Assembly: GCA_052168235.1 (NCBI GenBank)
Contig: JBQLZK010000062.1
Coordinates: 1-44,097, forward strand
Length of the DNA: 44,097 nucleotides
Reading direction: 5' to 3'
Source of the DNA: Thainema sp.
Lineage (GTDB): Bacteria; Cyanobacteriota; Cyanobacteriia; Phormidesmidales; Phormidesmidaceae
The notes under the pieces: generated by a model
Database searches by the model: none
The model's input: the letters and a program-made list of their open reading frames with translations, nothing else
What the model was told of the DNA's origin: nothing
In this document: positions 1 to 10,894 of the stretch, one piece after another
Layout: every line of letters starts with the position of its first letter
Position numbering within the stretch: position 1 is the stretch's first letter
Made by a program: the position numbers and the translations under genes

Positions 1-90
1 TGCCAGTGCGGTCATCACATTTCGCTCATCTGAGGTTTTCGGATAGGCTCTTAATTAATTTGAATTTCCAACCGATGACATGTTGGCCCA

Positions 91-105
91 ATGCATCGCC
101 CCTAC
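91..105 (-). repeat. Right end of a GTAG-type (REP-like) element
   Basis: ATGCATCGCCCCTAC reads GTAGGGGCGATGCAT on the minus strand. It shares the GTAGGGGCG terminus of the complete element at 30481-30548. The partner end is probably outside the window. Confidence 0.5.
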
Positions 106-124
106 GGATAGATCGTTGAATCAC

Positions 125-895
125 CTAAAACTGGTCTTTGCGACCGCGCAAACGGGCAAATGTGTGTACCGGATCGCTCATGTTGACAGCCGCTTGTAGA
201 GCCGGTTGATCCCAGCGCAGAAAAGGATTCGTCTGTTTTTCGATCCCCAATAGAGAAGGAACCGTCGCCTCATTTCGCTGACGGGCCGTTTGTACCTCGC
301 GCATTCGTGTCTGAAGTGCCGCATTTTCGCCATCGACCGTCAGGGCAAACTTGAGATTCTTCAGTGTGTACTCATGGGCGCACCAAACACGGGTGTTATC
401 CGGTAGCGATCTCAGTTGTCCCAGCGACGTTACCATTTGCTCCGGCGTTCCTTCAAACAAGCGTCCGCAGCCTCCGGCAAACAGCGTGTCACCGCAAAAC
501 AGATTACCGGGTTCGTCAAGAGCAGGCGGAAAATAGTAGGCAATGTGGGCTTTGGTATGACCGGGGACGAAGAACACCTCGGCGGTTTGTCCGGCAAATT
601 CAACCGTGTCGCCTGCTTGAAGAAAATACTGCTGACCGGGAATTCGCCCGCGATCGCGTTCGCCGCCGTAGATCGTCACATTGGGAAACTGTCGCATCAG
701 TGCCTGATTCCCGCCTACGTGATCGGCATGGTGGTGGGTGTTGAAAATAGTCACCAACTGAGCGTCGAGTTCCTGTAATTTTGCCAACACAGGTTGCGCC
801 TCAGCCGGATCAACCACAGCAGCGATATTGCGATCGCAATCATGCAGCAGAAAAATGTAGTTATCGCTCAGAGCATTCAGTCGATAAATATTCAT
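125..895 (-). CDS. gloB: Hydroxyacylglutathione hydrolase (glyoxalase II)
   Basis: Metallo-beta-lactamase motif THHHADH, plus [28 protein letters not shown] and EKQTNPFLR. 256 aa. Confidence 0.95.
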   Translation of the reverse strand: MNIYRLNALSDNYIFLLHDCDRNIAAVVDPAEAQPVLAKLQELDAQLVTIFNTHHHADHVGGNQALMRQFPNVTIYGGERDRGRIPGQQYFLQAGDTVEFAGQTAEVFFVPGHTKAHIAYYFPPALDEPGNLFCGDTLFAGGCGRLFEGTPEQMVTSLGQLRSLPDNTRVWCAHEYTLKNLKFALTVDGENAALQTRMREVQTARQRNEATVPSLLGIEKQTNPFLRWDQPALQAAVNMSDPVHTFARLRGRKDQF

Positions 896-1305
896 TGTTG
901 ATCAGGTGTATTCATCGGGTGTTGGTCAAGAATATTGGCTTCATTGGGCTTTTTTGCTTGTTCGGAAGAAAATCAGGGTAGAGTTTGAGTGCAAGCTCAG
1001 CACTGAACCTAACCCTGGCGCTGTGACTGAGTAGCATCGGCTTCAGTTGGGCATTCTAGCGTATGCTGTGAACCTGATTAGCCTACTGAAGGAGAGAAAT
1101 CCGTAAATTTCGGGAGGCAATTGCCAAATTAGGCAAATTAATGCCGCTAAGATTCATACAGTCTTTACAAGATAATCATCGCGGCTTTGCCTAACGGCTC
1201 TTACTTTTTCTGACAATAGGTATAGAACGATACGCAGTGCCAAGGCATTGTTCACGTTCCAACCAATCCTGAATTATCGTCAACTTTTATCTGTTGTAGA
1301 ATCCT

Positions 1306-1518
1306 ATGTTTCGAGTCGCTAAAGTTGATAAATCGTTAGGTATCCGCTCATTGGTTGAGCAAATCATCTCTTCCGGCCAAATGAGTCAGCAGCAGCATTT
1401 ACTGCTCACTTCAACGATTTTGGCGGGTCGTCACATCAATGAGGAAGATCGACGACTGATTAATCGAGTATTGGACTATATCCAAATTGGCCGAATTCAG
1501 CTGATTGAAGAGCGATAG
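1306..1518 (+). CDS. Small helical hypothetical protein (cyanobacterial type)
   Basis: 70-aa ATG ORF with an amphipathic helical pattern (IRSLVEQIISSG...EEDRRLINRVLDYIQIG), followed directly by a terminator-like hairpin. Confidence 0.7.
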   Translation: MFRVAKVDKSLGIRSLVEQIISSGQMSQQQHLLLTSTILAGRHINEEDRRLINRVLDYIQIGRIQLIEER

Positions 1519-1560
1519 GTGCTAAGTCTTAGGGTGTTTCTTCCTGTATGTTTGGGGGTT

Positions 1561-1590
1561 TGGGGGTGTTACTGCACCCCCATTTTTTTA
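1561..1590 (+). terminator. Intrinsic terminator
   Basis: TGGGGGTG-ttactg-CACCCCCA followed by a T run, just downstream of the 1306-1518 ORF. Confidence 0.65.
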
Positions 1591-1886
1591 TCTCTCATGA
1601 CAGTTTTTATTGAACCCAGAGGCGAGATTTTGGTATTCCGTCGCGAGGGCAAAATCTCGCCTCCAGATTTAGTAAACTTCCGTGACTCCTCTTTAACAAG
1701 CTGACATAACATTTAGAGATGTGGGCATTCTATGCGCAGTAGCACACTACCTATGGAGTGCTTTAGCCGAAATTTGGCAATCAATCCCCAAATTTTTTGT
1801 GAAAGATGTGCGATGTGTACCTTTTACAAAAAAGGAAATCGGTTTGATGAGCGGATTGGGTATTAGTAGTAGAGGAGAAAAGGGTC

Positions 1887-3392
1887 ATGGCTAGAATTCG
1901 TACAGCGATCGCATTGCTCAGTTTCACCGCATTGTTGAGCGGTGTGTCCCCCATGACTTGGGCGCAGACGGAGCCCATGTCAGAGACGGCTACTCCGACC
2001 GAAGCCACGGAAGAAGCTGAGGAGGACTATTTTGAGCTGTACGAAGAGGGCATCGAAGAAGTTGAAGATGAAAATTATGCCGAAGCGGTGGGCCTGTTTA
2101 ATCAGGTGTTGGTGATTAATTCAGATTATGCGCCTGCCTATTTATATCGGGGATACGCGAAGGGCAAATTAGGCAATTTTGAGGGTGCGCTCGAAGATTT
2201 TGATGCTGCGATCGCACTTGATCCAAACTATGCGGAAGCCTATTTTAACCGAGGCGATATTTACTATCAGATCGGCGATAATGTAGCCGCATTGGAAAAC
2301 TTTGATCAGGCGATTGCGCTCAATTCGGACTATGCCAAAGCCTATATCTATCGCGGTTTTGTGCAGGTGCTCCTGAGTGAGGGGGGGCAGTCGGGTCTGG
2401 ATGGGCCGGATGAGTTTAGCGTGCCCATTGAAATGTCTGATGGCCCGATGACGCAGGATTTGACACCTGCCCAGCAGTCTGCTTTGGCTGATTTTGAAAA
2501 AGCGATTAGCCTCGATCCCATGAATCCTCAAGCCTATGTGCATCGGGGAGTGATTCGAGCGGCACAGGGTTTGGAAGAAGAAGCGATCGCAGATTTTAAC
2601 CGGGCGATTGATCTGGACGATGGCTATGCCGAAGCCTATCTGAACCGCGGCACGGTCTATTTCAACTTGAATCAATATTTGACAGCGCTGGAAGATTTGA
2701 CTACGGCTATTGATCAAAAGCCGTCCGCGACCGCTTACTTTAATCGGGGCTATATCCTCGCGTCTCAGCGCTTTTTTGAAGAAGCCTATGCCGATTACAG
2801 TCGCGCCATTGCGCTAGAGCCAACCTTTACCGAAGCCTATCTGAATCGGGCGTTTGTTCTGTCGCAGTTGGATAGCCAGCAGGCAGCGTTGATTGACTTG
2901 AATCGAGTGATTGAACTGGAAGCCCGGAGTGCTGAAGCCTTTCGGCGACGGGGAGATGTGCGGTTAGCTGCCGGGGATGCTAGCGGTGCGATCGCAGATT
3001 ACAGCGAGGCCATTCTCATCCAGCCGGATTATACTGCCGCCTATATTGGTCGGGGCAGGGCGCGCTCGGCGGATGGCGATTTTATCGGGGCAGAAGAGGA
3101 TTTTTCAACTGCGATCGCGCTGAATCCAAATGCGCTGGAAGCCTACCGGAATCGGGCTGCTCTGCTGATCGAACAGGGCGATCTAGATCGAGCATATGCC
3201 GACTATTCGCGTTTGATTGCAGTGGATAGCACCGATCCCAACTACTATTTCCAGCGGGCTCGCTTGCGGCTAGCGCTAGAAGATTATGCTGGTGCGATGG
3301 AAGATTTCCAGCAGGCAGCGGACTACTACCTCGCCATCGGCGATGCGGAAGGCTATCGCACCACGTTAGCGGCGATGCGTTCGATTCAGTAA
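1887..3392 (+). CDS. Exported tetratricopeptide-repeat (TPR) protein
   Basis: About 12 repeats of the pattern AY.NRG...A..DF..AI.L.P. N-terminal Sec-like signal (MARIRTAIALLSFTALL...TWA), acidic linker, GAGGAG RBS upstream. Confidence 0.9.
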   Translation: MARIRTAIALLSFTALLSGVSPMTWAQTEPMSETATPTEATEEAEEDYFELYEEGIEEVEDENYAEAVGLFNQVLVINSDYAPAYLYRGYAKGKLGNFEGALEDFDAAIALDPNYAEAYFNRGDIYYQIGDNVAALENFDQAIALNSDYAKAYIYRGFVQVLLSEGGQSGLDGPDEFSVPIEMSDGPMTQDLTPAQQSALADFEKAISLDPMNPQAYVHRGVIRAAQGLEEEAIADFNRAIDLDDGYAEAYLNRGTVYFNLNQYLTALEDLTTAIDQKPSATAYFNRGYILASQRFFEEAYADYSRAIALEPTFTEAYLNRAFVLSQLDSQQAALIDLNRVIELEARSAEAFRRRGDVRLAAGDASGAIADYSEAILIQPDYTAAYIGRGRARSADGDFIGAEEDFSTAIALNPNALEAYRNRAALLIEQGDLDRAYADYSRLIAVDSTDPNYYFQRARLRLALEDYAGAMEDFQQAADYYLAIGDAEGYRTTLAAMRSIQ

Positions 3393-3408
3393 CTTCGATT
3401 CAGTAGAA

Positions 3409-3504
3409 CTATAGCGGTTCTAGATTCAGAACGAGAGAGGAGAGTGCCTTAGGATGAGGCACTCTCCTCTCTCGTTTTCTCACTTTTAACTGGAATCACT
3501 ATAG
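3409..3504. mobile_element. MITE-like palindromic element (~96 bp)
   Basis: Imperfect terminal inverted repeats CTATAGCGGTTCTAG / CTGGAATCACTATAG enclose a long internal stem, AACGAGAGAGGAGAGTGCCT...AGGCACTCTCCTCTCTCGTT. It lies between convergent genes. Confidence 0.55.
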
Positions 3505-3566
3505 TACGGCAGGAGACGGGGACGTAATGCGCTACTGTCTCCTGTCGTATTAGTTCTTTTGTGTGA

Positions 3567-4349
3567 TCAACTGGAAGCGCTGGTGTAAAACCGCAGGGCC
3601 AAGCGCCAAAATCCTTGTGATGCCACAAACAGTAGAGCCGCAAGACCCATTGAGCCGATTGTCCAGCCCCAGCTAATTTGGTCGAGCATGGTTTGGGCTG
3701 GCACAGTGGTTAGGAACGCCACGGGGACAATAAACGTGAAGAAGATCCGATAGAGGGCAGGGTAAGCCGCAATGGGGTAGCGACCTGCCTCTAGCAAACC
3801 GCGCAGTACCTCCGTAACGTTATAGATTTTGACAAACCAAATGCTAGTTGCGCCCAGCATGAACCAGAGGCTGTAGAGACTGACAAAGCCAAACGCAAGT
3901 GGAATGAGGCTGAGCAAATAGTTCTGTGGTTGGAGGCCAAGCTGACTGCCACTGTAGAGAATGACTAACAGGCCGAAGGCCAAATCCGGTAAGCCCCAGG
4001 GGGACACCGTGCGGGTTGAGAGCCAAAACTGGGAGCTGATCGGCTTAAGCAACACAAAGTCGAGCGTGCCTTCCTGCACATGGCGCACAATTTTGTTTAG
4101 ATTTGGGGCCAATAGTGTGGCCGAGAATCCCTGTAATAGTGTGAATGAACCAAGTACCAATAGTGCCTCTTCCCAACTCCAACCCTGGAAGGTATAGCCC
4201 GTTCGGTAGAACAAAAATAGGCTAAAAATACTACCAATCAGATTGCCAAAGCTGCTGATCGCTGCGAGCAAGAAATTTACCCGATACTCTAATTCAGCTG
4301 CGATCGCAGCACTCCAAAATCGCTGAAGAACCGTTAAATAGCGCCTCAT
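3567..4349 (-). CDS. ABC-2 type transporter permease (DUF990/ABC2_membrane_6-like)
   Basis: About six TM segments. Motifs ELEYRVNF, GTLDFVLLKP, GRYP...Y, FTFIVPVAF and the C-terminal YTSASS. Confidence 0.88.
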   Translation of the reverse strand: MRRYLTVLQRFWSAAIAAELEYRVNFLLAAISSFGNLIGSIFSLFLFYRTGYTFQGWSWEEALLVLGSFTLLQGFSATLLAPNLNKIVRHVQEGTLDFVLLKPISSQFWLSTRTVSPWGLPDLAFGLLVILYSGSQLGLQPQNYLLSLIPLAFGFVSLYSLWFMLGATSIWFVKIYNVTEVLRGLLEAGRYPIAAYPALYRIFFTFIVPVAFLTTVPAQTMLDQISWGWTIGSMGLAALLFVASQGFWRLALRFYTSASS

Positions 4350-4554
4350 GGGTTCAATCTCGTCCGTGTTATCTGCATCACTTAAATGGGCTGAAAATCA
4401 GGCATAGTCATGAAATCATGGCAAAAATTAAGCAAAGCTGTAATCTATACGTTGATTCAGACTTGGGTCAGAGATATTATCGGGCCAAGTCCACTATATT
4501 TGACTTAATTACATTCAAATAATTTTTGGTCGATAACAAAATGTCCGAATAATA

Positions 4555-4974
4555 ATGACTACATCCAAACGAAGAATTTCACCCAAAGAGCAATCTAAAA
4601 CTCAATCAAGACCTTTTTACTCACCTTTAACATTTTCACAGTTTAAATCTCAGTCTAGTCCCGAGGAGTTGAGAATACGCCTTGAATTTGGGCGACCTGA
4701 TTTAACAATTTTAGATGTCCGCGATCGCAAAAGCTTTAACCAAGAGCATATTTCAGGTGCTATCCCAGCACCATTGAATCAGCTACCTGGATTGGTTCGC
4801 ACTATTCTGGAGCCGGATCGGGATATTTATCTCTATGGTGAATCCGATCAAGAAACGACTTTAGCGGCTAACAAGCTGCGGTCAGCTGGATTCAACCGAG
4901 TATCAGAACTCATTGGTGGGCTGCCAGCTTGGAAAGCGATTGACGGAGCAACAGAGGGCTACACTGACTGGTAA
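4555..4974 (+). CDS. Rhodanese-like domain protein
   Basis: ILDVRDR..FNQEHISGA and LIGGLPAW motifs. The active-site Cys position reads YGES, so it is probably non-catalytic. Confidence 0.88.
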   Translation: MTTSKRRISPKEQSKTQSRPFYSPLTFSQFKSQSSPEELRIRLEFGRPDLTILDVRDRKSFNQEHISGAIPAPLNQLPGLVRTILEPDRDIYLYGESDQETTLAANKLRSAGFNRVSELIGGLPAWKAIDGATEGYTDW

Positions 4975-5156
4975 CGGATGGCTGCAAGGTCAAAACGTCT
5001 GTCGGTGCAGATGCCCAAACGCAGATTAAGACTACTTTTAGAGGGATCTAACCGTCTCTTTGAAGGTAGTCTTAATGCTGTGTACCAAATGCGATGAAGA
5101 CCCCACTGTCCTGTTGTCAGAGGCTGGTGACGCAAGCTGATCGCAATCGGCACGAT

Positions 5157-6059
5157 TTAAGGCTGACTGCGATCGCAGAATCGCGCCTTCAAAAAATCGG
5201 TCAGTAGCCGAACTTTAGTGGATAAATGTCGATTGGCTGGATAAATAATGCAAATCGACAGTTCAGCCGAGCGATAGTTGGACAGTACAATCTGTAGCTG
5301 GCCTGCGACAAGCTGCTGCTCCATTAAGAAGGCAGGTAGCATGGCAATCCCTAGTCCCTGTAGAGCCGCATCTCGTAAGACTTCACCATTGTTGGAACAG
5401 AGTACACCGCTAATCGTTACAGTGTGCTCATTGCCATCGACATCCCGTAGCTTCCATTGATTGCTGGTACTGAGATAGCCGTAGTGCAGACAGGAATGGT
5501 CGCGCAGATCGCTAGGTTGCTGCGGCAGTCCATGTGCCGCTAAATAGTCTGGTGAGGCACAGAGTAGCAGGGGGACAGGCGCAATCACATGCACGATCAG
5601 CCCGGCTGCCTCCGGTGGATAAGAAATGCGTACGGTCAGATCGAATCCTTCTTCAATTGGATCAACTAAACGGTCTTCCAGCGTGAGCTGAATGCGCAGG
5701 TCGGGATACTGAGCCGCAAATTCTGCGATCGCAGGCGCTAGATGCAACGTGCCAAAGGACATAGGTGCATTGATGCGTAGATTTCCTTTCGGTTCGTCAT
5801 GAATTTGTGAGACGGCCAGTTCCGCTTCGGCCAAATCGGCCAAAATCGCCATACAGCGATCGTAAAAGCCCAAACCAGTCTCGGTCGGCGTGACTTGACG
5901 AGTCGTGCGATGCAGCAGTTGCACCCCCAGATTATCTTCTAGATTGATCACTAGCTTATTGACTGCCGAGCGGGAGACATTCATTTCCCGCGCTGCTGCG
6001 GCAAATCCGCCTGCTTCTACCACTTTGGTGAATGCGCGAATACTTTCAAACTTGTCCAT
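5157..6059 (-). CDS. LysR-family transcriptional regulator (CrgA-like)
   Basis: N-terminal HTH (GGFAAAAREMNVSRSAVNK...LE..LGVQLLHRTTR) and substrate-binding domain (DPIEEGFDLTVR). Divergent from the pirin gene. Confidence 0.95.
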   Translation of the reverse strand: MDKFESIRAFTKVVEAGGFAAAAREMNVSRSAVNKLVINLEDNLGVQLLHRTTRQVTPTETGLGFYDRCMAILADLAEAELAVSQIHDEPKGNLRINAPMSFGTLHLAPAIAEFAAQYPDLRIQLTLEDRLVDPIEEGFDLTVRISYPPEAAGLIVHVIAPVPLLLCASPDYLAAHGLPQQPSDLRDHSCLHYGYLSTSNQWKLRDVDGNEHTVTISGVLCSNNGEVLRDAALQGLGIAMLPAFLMEQQLVAGQLQIVLSNYRSAELSICIIYPANRHLSTKVRLLTDFLKARFCDRSQP

Positions 6060-6063
6060 GCAT

Positions 6064-6082
6064 TGTCATCTAAATAGAGACA
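6064..6082. promoter_or_regulatory. Putative LysR recognition dyad
   Basis: TGTC-ATCTAAATAGA-GACA interrupted dyad immediately upstream of the LysR start, within the LysR/pirin divergent spacer. Confidence 0.45.
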
Positions 6083-6247
6083 GTGTGTATATTGTATTGG
6101 CTATTGTCTTTTTATGGGAACCAATTCATAATGAATACAGTTAATTGTTTCGTCTTGGTTCACAATTCGTTCAATCTCATCTCATCAGTGCCATAACGCT
6201 CAATTTCATAACGCTCAATCACAAGCCCAACCACGGGAGGTGAAACA

Positions 6248-6949
6248 ATGATTACGCTACGTCCCGCTAACGAACGCGGTGTTGCTAATTTCGGCTGGCT
6301 CGATAGCCGCCACACATTTTCATTCGGCAACTACTATGATCCCAAGCATATGGGCTTCGGCACCCTGCGAGTGATCAACGATGACAAGATTGCTCCCAGC
6401 GGCGGCTTTGGGACTCACGGTCACCGCGATATGGAAATCGTGACCTATGTCCTCGATGGCGCACTGGAGCACAAAGACAGCATTGGCAACGGCTCCATCA
6501 TCCGTCCCGGTGACGTACAGCGGATGTCTGCCGGAACAGGTATTATGCACAGCGAATATAATGCCTCAGATGCCGAGCAGGTCCACCTGCTGCAAATCTG
6601 GATCTTGCCGGAGCGCACGGGCATGGAGCCAGGATACGAGCAAATCCATATTTCGGAAGCCGGAAAGCGTGGCCAACTGAGGCTCATCGGTTCACGTGAC
6701 GGTCGTGACGGTTCGGTCACCATTCACCAAGACATTAATCTGTATGCGACTCGTCTGGCAGACGGTGAACAGGTCGAACATGCGATCGCACCTCGTCGGT
6801 CGGTTTGGCTACATGTCGCTCGTGGGGCTGTCCGACTCAACGACCAAGAACTTTATGCCGGAGATGCTGCGGCCATCACAGAGACGGAAACTATTCAGCT
6901 AACAGGTCTCTCGGATGACGCCGAAGTTCTCGTCTTCGACATGGCATAA
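6248..6949 (+). CDS. Pirin family protein (YhhW-like bicupin)
   Basis: [30 protein letters not shown] and [13 protein letters not shown] motifs. GGGAGG RBS. Confidence 0.95.
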   Translation: MITLRPANERGVANFGWLDSRHTFSFGNYYDPKHMGFGTLRVINDDKIAPSGGFGTHGHRDMEIVTYVLDGALEHKDSIGNGSIIRPGDVQRMSAGTGIMHSEYNASDAEQVHLLQIWILPERTGMEPGYEQIHISEAGKRGQLRLIGSRDGRDGSVTIHQDINLYATRLADGEQVEHAIAPRRSVWLHVARGAVRLNDQELYAGDAAAITETETIQLTGLSDDAEVLVFDMA

Positions 6950-6970
6950 CCGTGTAGCATACTCGTTCTA

Positions 6971-7010
6971 ACCAGTGGAGCGTTAGGCACAGTCCCAACG
7001 CTCCACTGGT
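6971..7010. terminator. Hairpin between convergent pirin and grxC
   Basis: ACCAGTGGAGCGTT...AACGCTCCACTGGT, a 14-bp perfect stem. Confidence 0.6.
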
Positions 7011-7065
7011 CAGTGTCTGTACGTGCCTTTTCTTGCTGCCGAGACTCCCAAACCCTTTGCAGTCT

Positions 7066-7386
7066 CTACCGCCCTTCCCCTAACAACCCATTCAATCTCC
7101 CCTCTCGATCCAACCGATACAAATCATCACACCCACCCACATGCTGATTGTTGATAAAAATTTGTGGCACTGTCCGTCGGCCATTGGCACGCTCAGCCAT
7201 CTTGACTCGCGCGGCACCGTCACCATCGATTTTGTACTCCGTAAAGTTAACGCCTTTCCACCACAGCAGTAATTTGGCTCGAATACAGTAGGGACAAGTT
7301 TGCCACGTATAAATTTCTACATTGGCTTGTACCTGCTCCGGATGGCGACCCAATCGCTCTAATAATGGATTGAGAAAATCAAGCAT
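7066..7386 (-). CDS. grxC: Dithiol glutaredoxin 3
   Basis: CPYC active site, TVPQIFIN and VGGCDDL. Divergent from glpX. Confidence 0.92.
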   Translation of the reverse strand: MLDFLNPLLERLGRHPEQVQANVEIYTWQTCPYCIRAKLLLWWKGVNFTEYKIDGDGAARVKMAERANGRRTVPQIFINNQHVGGCDDLYRLDREGRLNGLLGEGR

Positions 7387-7578
7387 CGTCAGCGTTCTAC
7401 CGTTTTGATCGCAACGACTTCATCTTAAATAATTTGCATCTTGAATTGTCTTTAATTGTGTTGATTGCCCGCGTTGATCCCCAGAAGCATTTTAGAGGGT
7501 GCCTGCATTCTGATAGACTCTAAGACTGAGATAAGTCTTTTGAGCAGAGACGCATATCAGCCGTTGGAGGATGACTTC

Positions 7579-8619
7579 GTGGAGAGCACAATCGGATTAG
7601 AGATTATTGAAGTAGTAGAGCAAGCCGCGCTTGCATCTGCTCGCTGGATGGGAAAAGGTGAAAAGGACACTGCCGACCAAGTGGCGGTTGAAGCCATGCG
7701 GAATCGCATGAACCAAATCCACATGCGGGGTCGCATCGTGATTGGTGAAGGGGAGCGCGATGATGCACCGATGCTCTACATCGGTGAGGAAGTTGGGATT
7801 TGTACCCGTCCGGATGCAAAGGACTTTTGTAATCCAGAAGAACTACTTGAGATTGACATTGCAGTTGATCCCTGTGAAGGGACCAACCTCGTTGCCTATG
7901 GTCAGCCGGGATCAATGGCCGTATTGGCTATCTCAGAAAAAGGTGGCTTGTTCAACGCGCCTGACTTCTACATGAAGAAGCTAGCTGCACCTCCAGCTGC
8001 CAAGGGCAAAGTTGACATCAACAAGTCTGCGACTGAGAACCTGAAGATTTTGTCAGAGTGTCTCGATCGCGCCATTGAAGAACTAGTCATCGTCGTCATG
8101 AAGCGCGATCGCCACACTGACCTGATCAAAGAGATTCGTGAGGCGGGTGCTCGCGTTCAGTTGATTAGTGATGGTGATGTTGGTGCAGCACTGAACTGTG
8201 CATTCGCTGGAACCAACGTCCACGCGCTGATGGGCATCGGTGCAGCACCGGAAGGCGTGATCACGGCTGCGGCCATGCGCTGTCTGGGTGGACACTTCCA
8301 GGGTCAGTTGGTTTACGATCCGGCGGTTGTGAATACCAAAGAGTGGGCCAACAACACCAAGGAAGGTAATTTGGCTCGTCTTCAAGAGATGAACATCACC
8401 GATCCCGATAAAGTCTATGAGACAGATGAGCTAGCTTCCGGTGAGACTGTTCTATTCGCAGCTTGCGGCATTACCAGCGGCAACCTGATGAACGGGGTGC
8501 GCCTCTTCCACGGTGGCGCAAGAACTCAGTCTCTGGTTATTTCGACCCAGTCCAAGACGGCTCGCTTCGTTGATACAATTCACCTGTTTGATCAGCCGAA
8601 GTACATTCAATTGAAATAG
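7579..8619 (+). CDS. glpX: Bifunctional FBPase class II / sedoheptulose-1,7-bisphosphatase
   Basis: [34 protein letters not shown] and GIGAAPEGV motifs. Start reassigned to the GTG at 7579, which has GGAGG at 7566-7570. Confidence 0.96.
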   Translation: MESTIGLEIIEVVEQAALASARWMGKGEKDTADQVAVEAMRNRMNQIHMRGRIVIGEGERDDAPMLYIGEEVGICTRPDAKDFCNPEELLEIDIAVDPCEGTNLVAYGQPGSMAVLAISEKGGLFNAPDFYMKKLAAPPAAKGKVDINKSATENLKILSECLDRAIEELVIVVMKRDRHTDLIKEIREAGARVQLISDGDVGAALNCAFAGTNVHALMGIGAAPEGVITAAAMRCLGGHFQGQLVYDPAVVNTKEWANNTKEGNLARLQEMNITDPDKVYETDELASGETVLFAACGITSGNLMNGVRLFHGGARTQSLVISTQSKTARFVDTIHLFDQPKYIQLK

Positions 8620-8666
8620 TCGTATATCAGGTTTCTCAAGCCTGATGTATGAAATAACACCTTGAC

Positions 8667-8720
8667 AAATCGCGTTTACGAGATCAGCATCGCTAATTTC
8701 GTAAACGCGATTTATTTTTT
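8667..8720 (+). terminator. Intrinsic terminator after glpX
   Basis: AAATCGCGTTTACGA...TCGTAAACGCGATTT followed by a T-rich tail. Confidence 0.7.
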
Positions 8721-9510
8721 GAGTTTATTGTTGAATTTGCGGTTCGAGTAGGTGATGTTTTGCAGGTTTGCTGTTGGCAACTCTGACATTTGTTCTTTAG
8801 CAATTCCGGAGCACGTCCTGAAAAGTTGCCTGAGGCAAGTGAGCAAGAGCTAGTCTGTCTGCCAAGCCAACCTGGAAAGCGTTAAGTTAGTAGAGGATTC
8901 GATCTACTCGCGAAAAATATTACGGCAAGTGAACTTTGTCTAAGATTTTTGGGTAAGCGTTTCGTTGCACGGTTTAATCAGTAGAGGGCTTGATTGGCGT
9001 ATCTCACAGCTCATGCTTGGTTTCAGGTATTAATGCAATCCTGCACTGTTGCGATCGCAATTAACTCCATGAAACGTTTGATAAGGAATATCTCACGGAG
9101 CAATCTCTCAATCGAGGTTCAGAGAATCGATATCAAATAAAAGTGGAACTGTGTGGAATAAGCAGTCAAGCCATTTTAAAAATCTTGTAATTTAGGACTT
9201 TGGCCAAATTGCTCTTGTAGTCTTTAAGAGACATTATCAATGTGGTAGGTTTCGCCATTGGGCTTACCTTAAAATAGTGTCTCTGCACTAAAGCAACTGA
9301 ATTAAAGAGCCATTGAAACGGCCATTGAAACGAGCGCCATTCTGGATTGAAAAATAATTTGACAGTGCTTTGTTGTAATTTGTAGTCATACAGATACATT
9401 TGATCTTGCTTGATGGACTCAAAAGGAGTGAATCCCAAACGATCAGGATGACTGATCATTGTCTAGTTGGGCATTAAGCAGGGTTAAACACAAAATCATT
9501 GGGAGGAGAC

Positions 9511-10803
9511 ATGAATATCGCGGTTGTTGGTGTTAGTCACAAAACGGCTCCAGTGGAGGTTCGTGAAAAGCTCAGTATTCCTGAGCCGCAAATTGGTGAA
9601 GCTCTAGCTGAGTTGTGTAGTTATCCCCATGTTGAAGAAGCAGCTATTCTGAGCACTTGTAATCGCCTCGAAATCTATATCGTGACCGAAGAGTCGCGCA
9701 ACGGCATTCAGGACGTGACTCAGTTTTTGTGCGATCGCGGTAAGTTTTCGGCTTCCCATTTGCGGCCCCATCTCTTCATGCTGCTGCATCAGGATGCCGT
9801 CATGCACTTATTCCGCGTCGCTGCTGGATTGGACAGCTTAGTATTGGGTGAAGGCCAAATTTTGGCGCAGGTGAAGCAAACCCACAAGCTAGGACAGCAG
9901 CACAATGGCGTTGGCCGTATTCTAAATCGTTTCTTGAAGCAAGCTATTACCGCTGGTAAGCGCGTCCGCACTGAAACCAGCATCGGCACCGGAGCGGTTT
10001 CGATCAGCTCAGCTGCTGTTGAACTGGCCCAAAACCACTTAGAAGACCTGTCTCCCTGTCGCGTTACGATCATTGGCGCAGGTAAGATGTCGCGTTTGCT
10101 GGTGCAGCACCTGATTGCTAAAGGCGCGAACCATATTTGCGTCTTGAATCGTTCTCTGCGGCGGGCGGAAGATCTGGCGAAGAAGTTTGATCACGCTGGC
10201 CTGCACACGGGGACGCTGGAGGACATGTTGACGACGGTCGCTGAGTCTGACCTGGTGTTTACCAGCACAGGCGCAACCGAACCCATTCTGCACCGCGAAA
10301 ATCTAGAGCCCGTGCTGAGGTTAGATCGGCGCTTAACCCTGGTTGATATTTCCGTGCCGCGTAATATTCACGCCAGTGTGACTGAGCTGGAAACCATTCA
10401 GTGCTTCAACGTGGATGATCTCAAAGCCGTTGTAGCCCAGAACCACGAAAGTCGTCGGCAAATGGCAATGGAAGCCGAAGTGATCTTGGAAGACGAAGCC
10501 GAGGCGTTTGATGTTTGGTGGCGCTCGCTAGAAACAGTTTCGACAATTAGCAGCCTCCGTAACAAGGTGGAAACCATTCGGGAACAGGAGCTAGAGAAAG
10601 CGCTTTCCCGCTTGGGTTCTGAGTTTGCTGAAAAGCACCAAGAAATCATTGAAGCACTGACGCGCGGCATCGTTAATAAAATCCTGCATGACCCAATGGT
10701 GCAGCTTCGAGCTCAGCAAGATATTGAAGCTCGTCGCCACGCGATGGAAACGCTGCAAACGCTGTTTAATCTTGAAGCGATGTCGAACGAGAAATATAGC
10801 TAG
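9511..10803 (+). CDS. hemA: Glutamyl-tRNA reductase
   Basis: [43 protein letters not shown] and DISVPRN motifs. ATG at 9511 preceded by GGGAGGAG. Confidence 0.97.
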   Translation: MNIAVVGVSHKTAPVEVREKLSIPEPQIGEALAELCSYPHVEEAAILSTCNRLEIYIVTEESRNGIQDVTQFLCDRGKFSASHLRPHLFMLLHQDAVMHLFRVAAGLDSLVLGEGQILAQVKQTHKLGQQHNGVGRILNRFLKQAITAGKRVRTETSIGTGAVSISSAAVELAQNHLEDLSPCRVTIIGAGKMSRLLVQHLIAKGANHICVLNRSLRRAEDLAKKFDHAGLHTGTLEDMLTTVAESDLVFTSTGATEPILHRENLEPVLRLDRRLTLVDISVPRNIHASVTELETIQCFNVDDLKAVVAQNHESRRQMAMEAEVILEDEAEAFDVWWRSLETVSTISSLRNKVETIREQELEKALSRLGSEFAEKHQEIIEALTRGIVNKILHDPMVQLRAQQDIEARRHAMETLQTLFNLEAMSNEKYS

Positions 10804-10849
10804 TCTCTCCTGCCCAGCTCTTTTCTAAGGAGAAAGGAGCGCTTTTGCA

Positions 10850-10880
10850 GTCCCTCTCCTGCTGGGAGAGGGATTTTTTT
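10850..10880. repeat. CCCTCTCC/GGAGAGGG palindromic dispersed repeat; probable terminator between convergent genes
   Basis: TCCCTCTCC-tgctg-GGAGAGGGA followed by a T run, with a degenerate related copy at about 10804-10840. Confidence 0.5.
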
Positions 10881-10894
10881 GGGTAAGAGTGGGC

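Noticed and set aside
970..1130. Glycine-riboswitch-like words (CTGAAGGAGAGAAA) and a hairpin
   Set aside because: The motifs are in the wrong order and the downstream gene is unrelated to glycine metabolism.
7465..7578. N-terminal extensions in the ORF track (glpX; likewise nadC, DUF1206, GT4, pentapeptide)
   Set aside because: Downstream starts match the family N-termini and, for glpX, have a clear RBS. The extensions look like longest-ORF artefacts.
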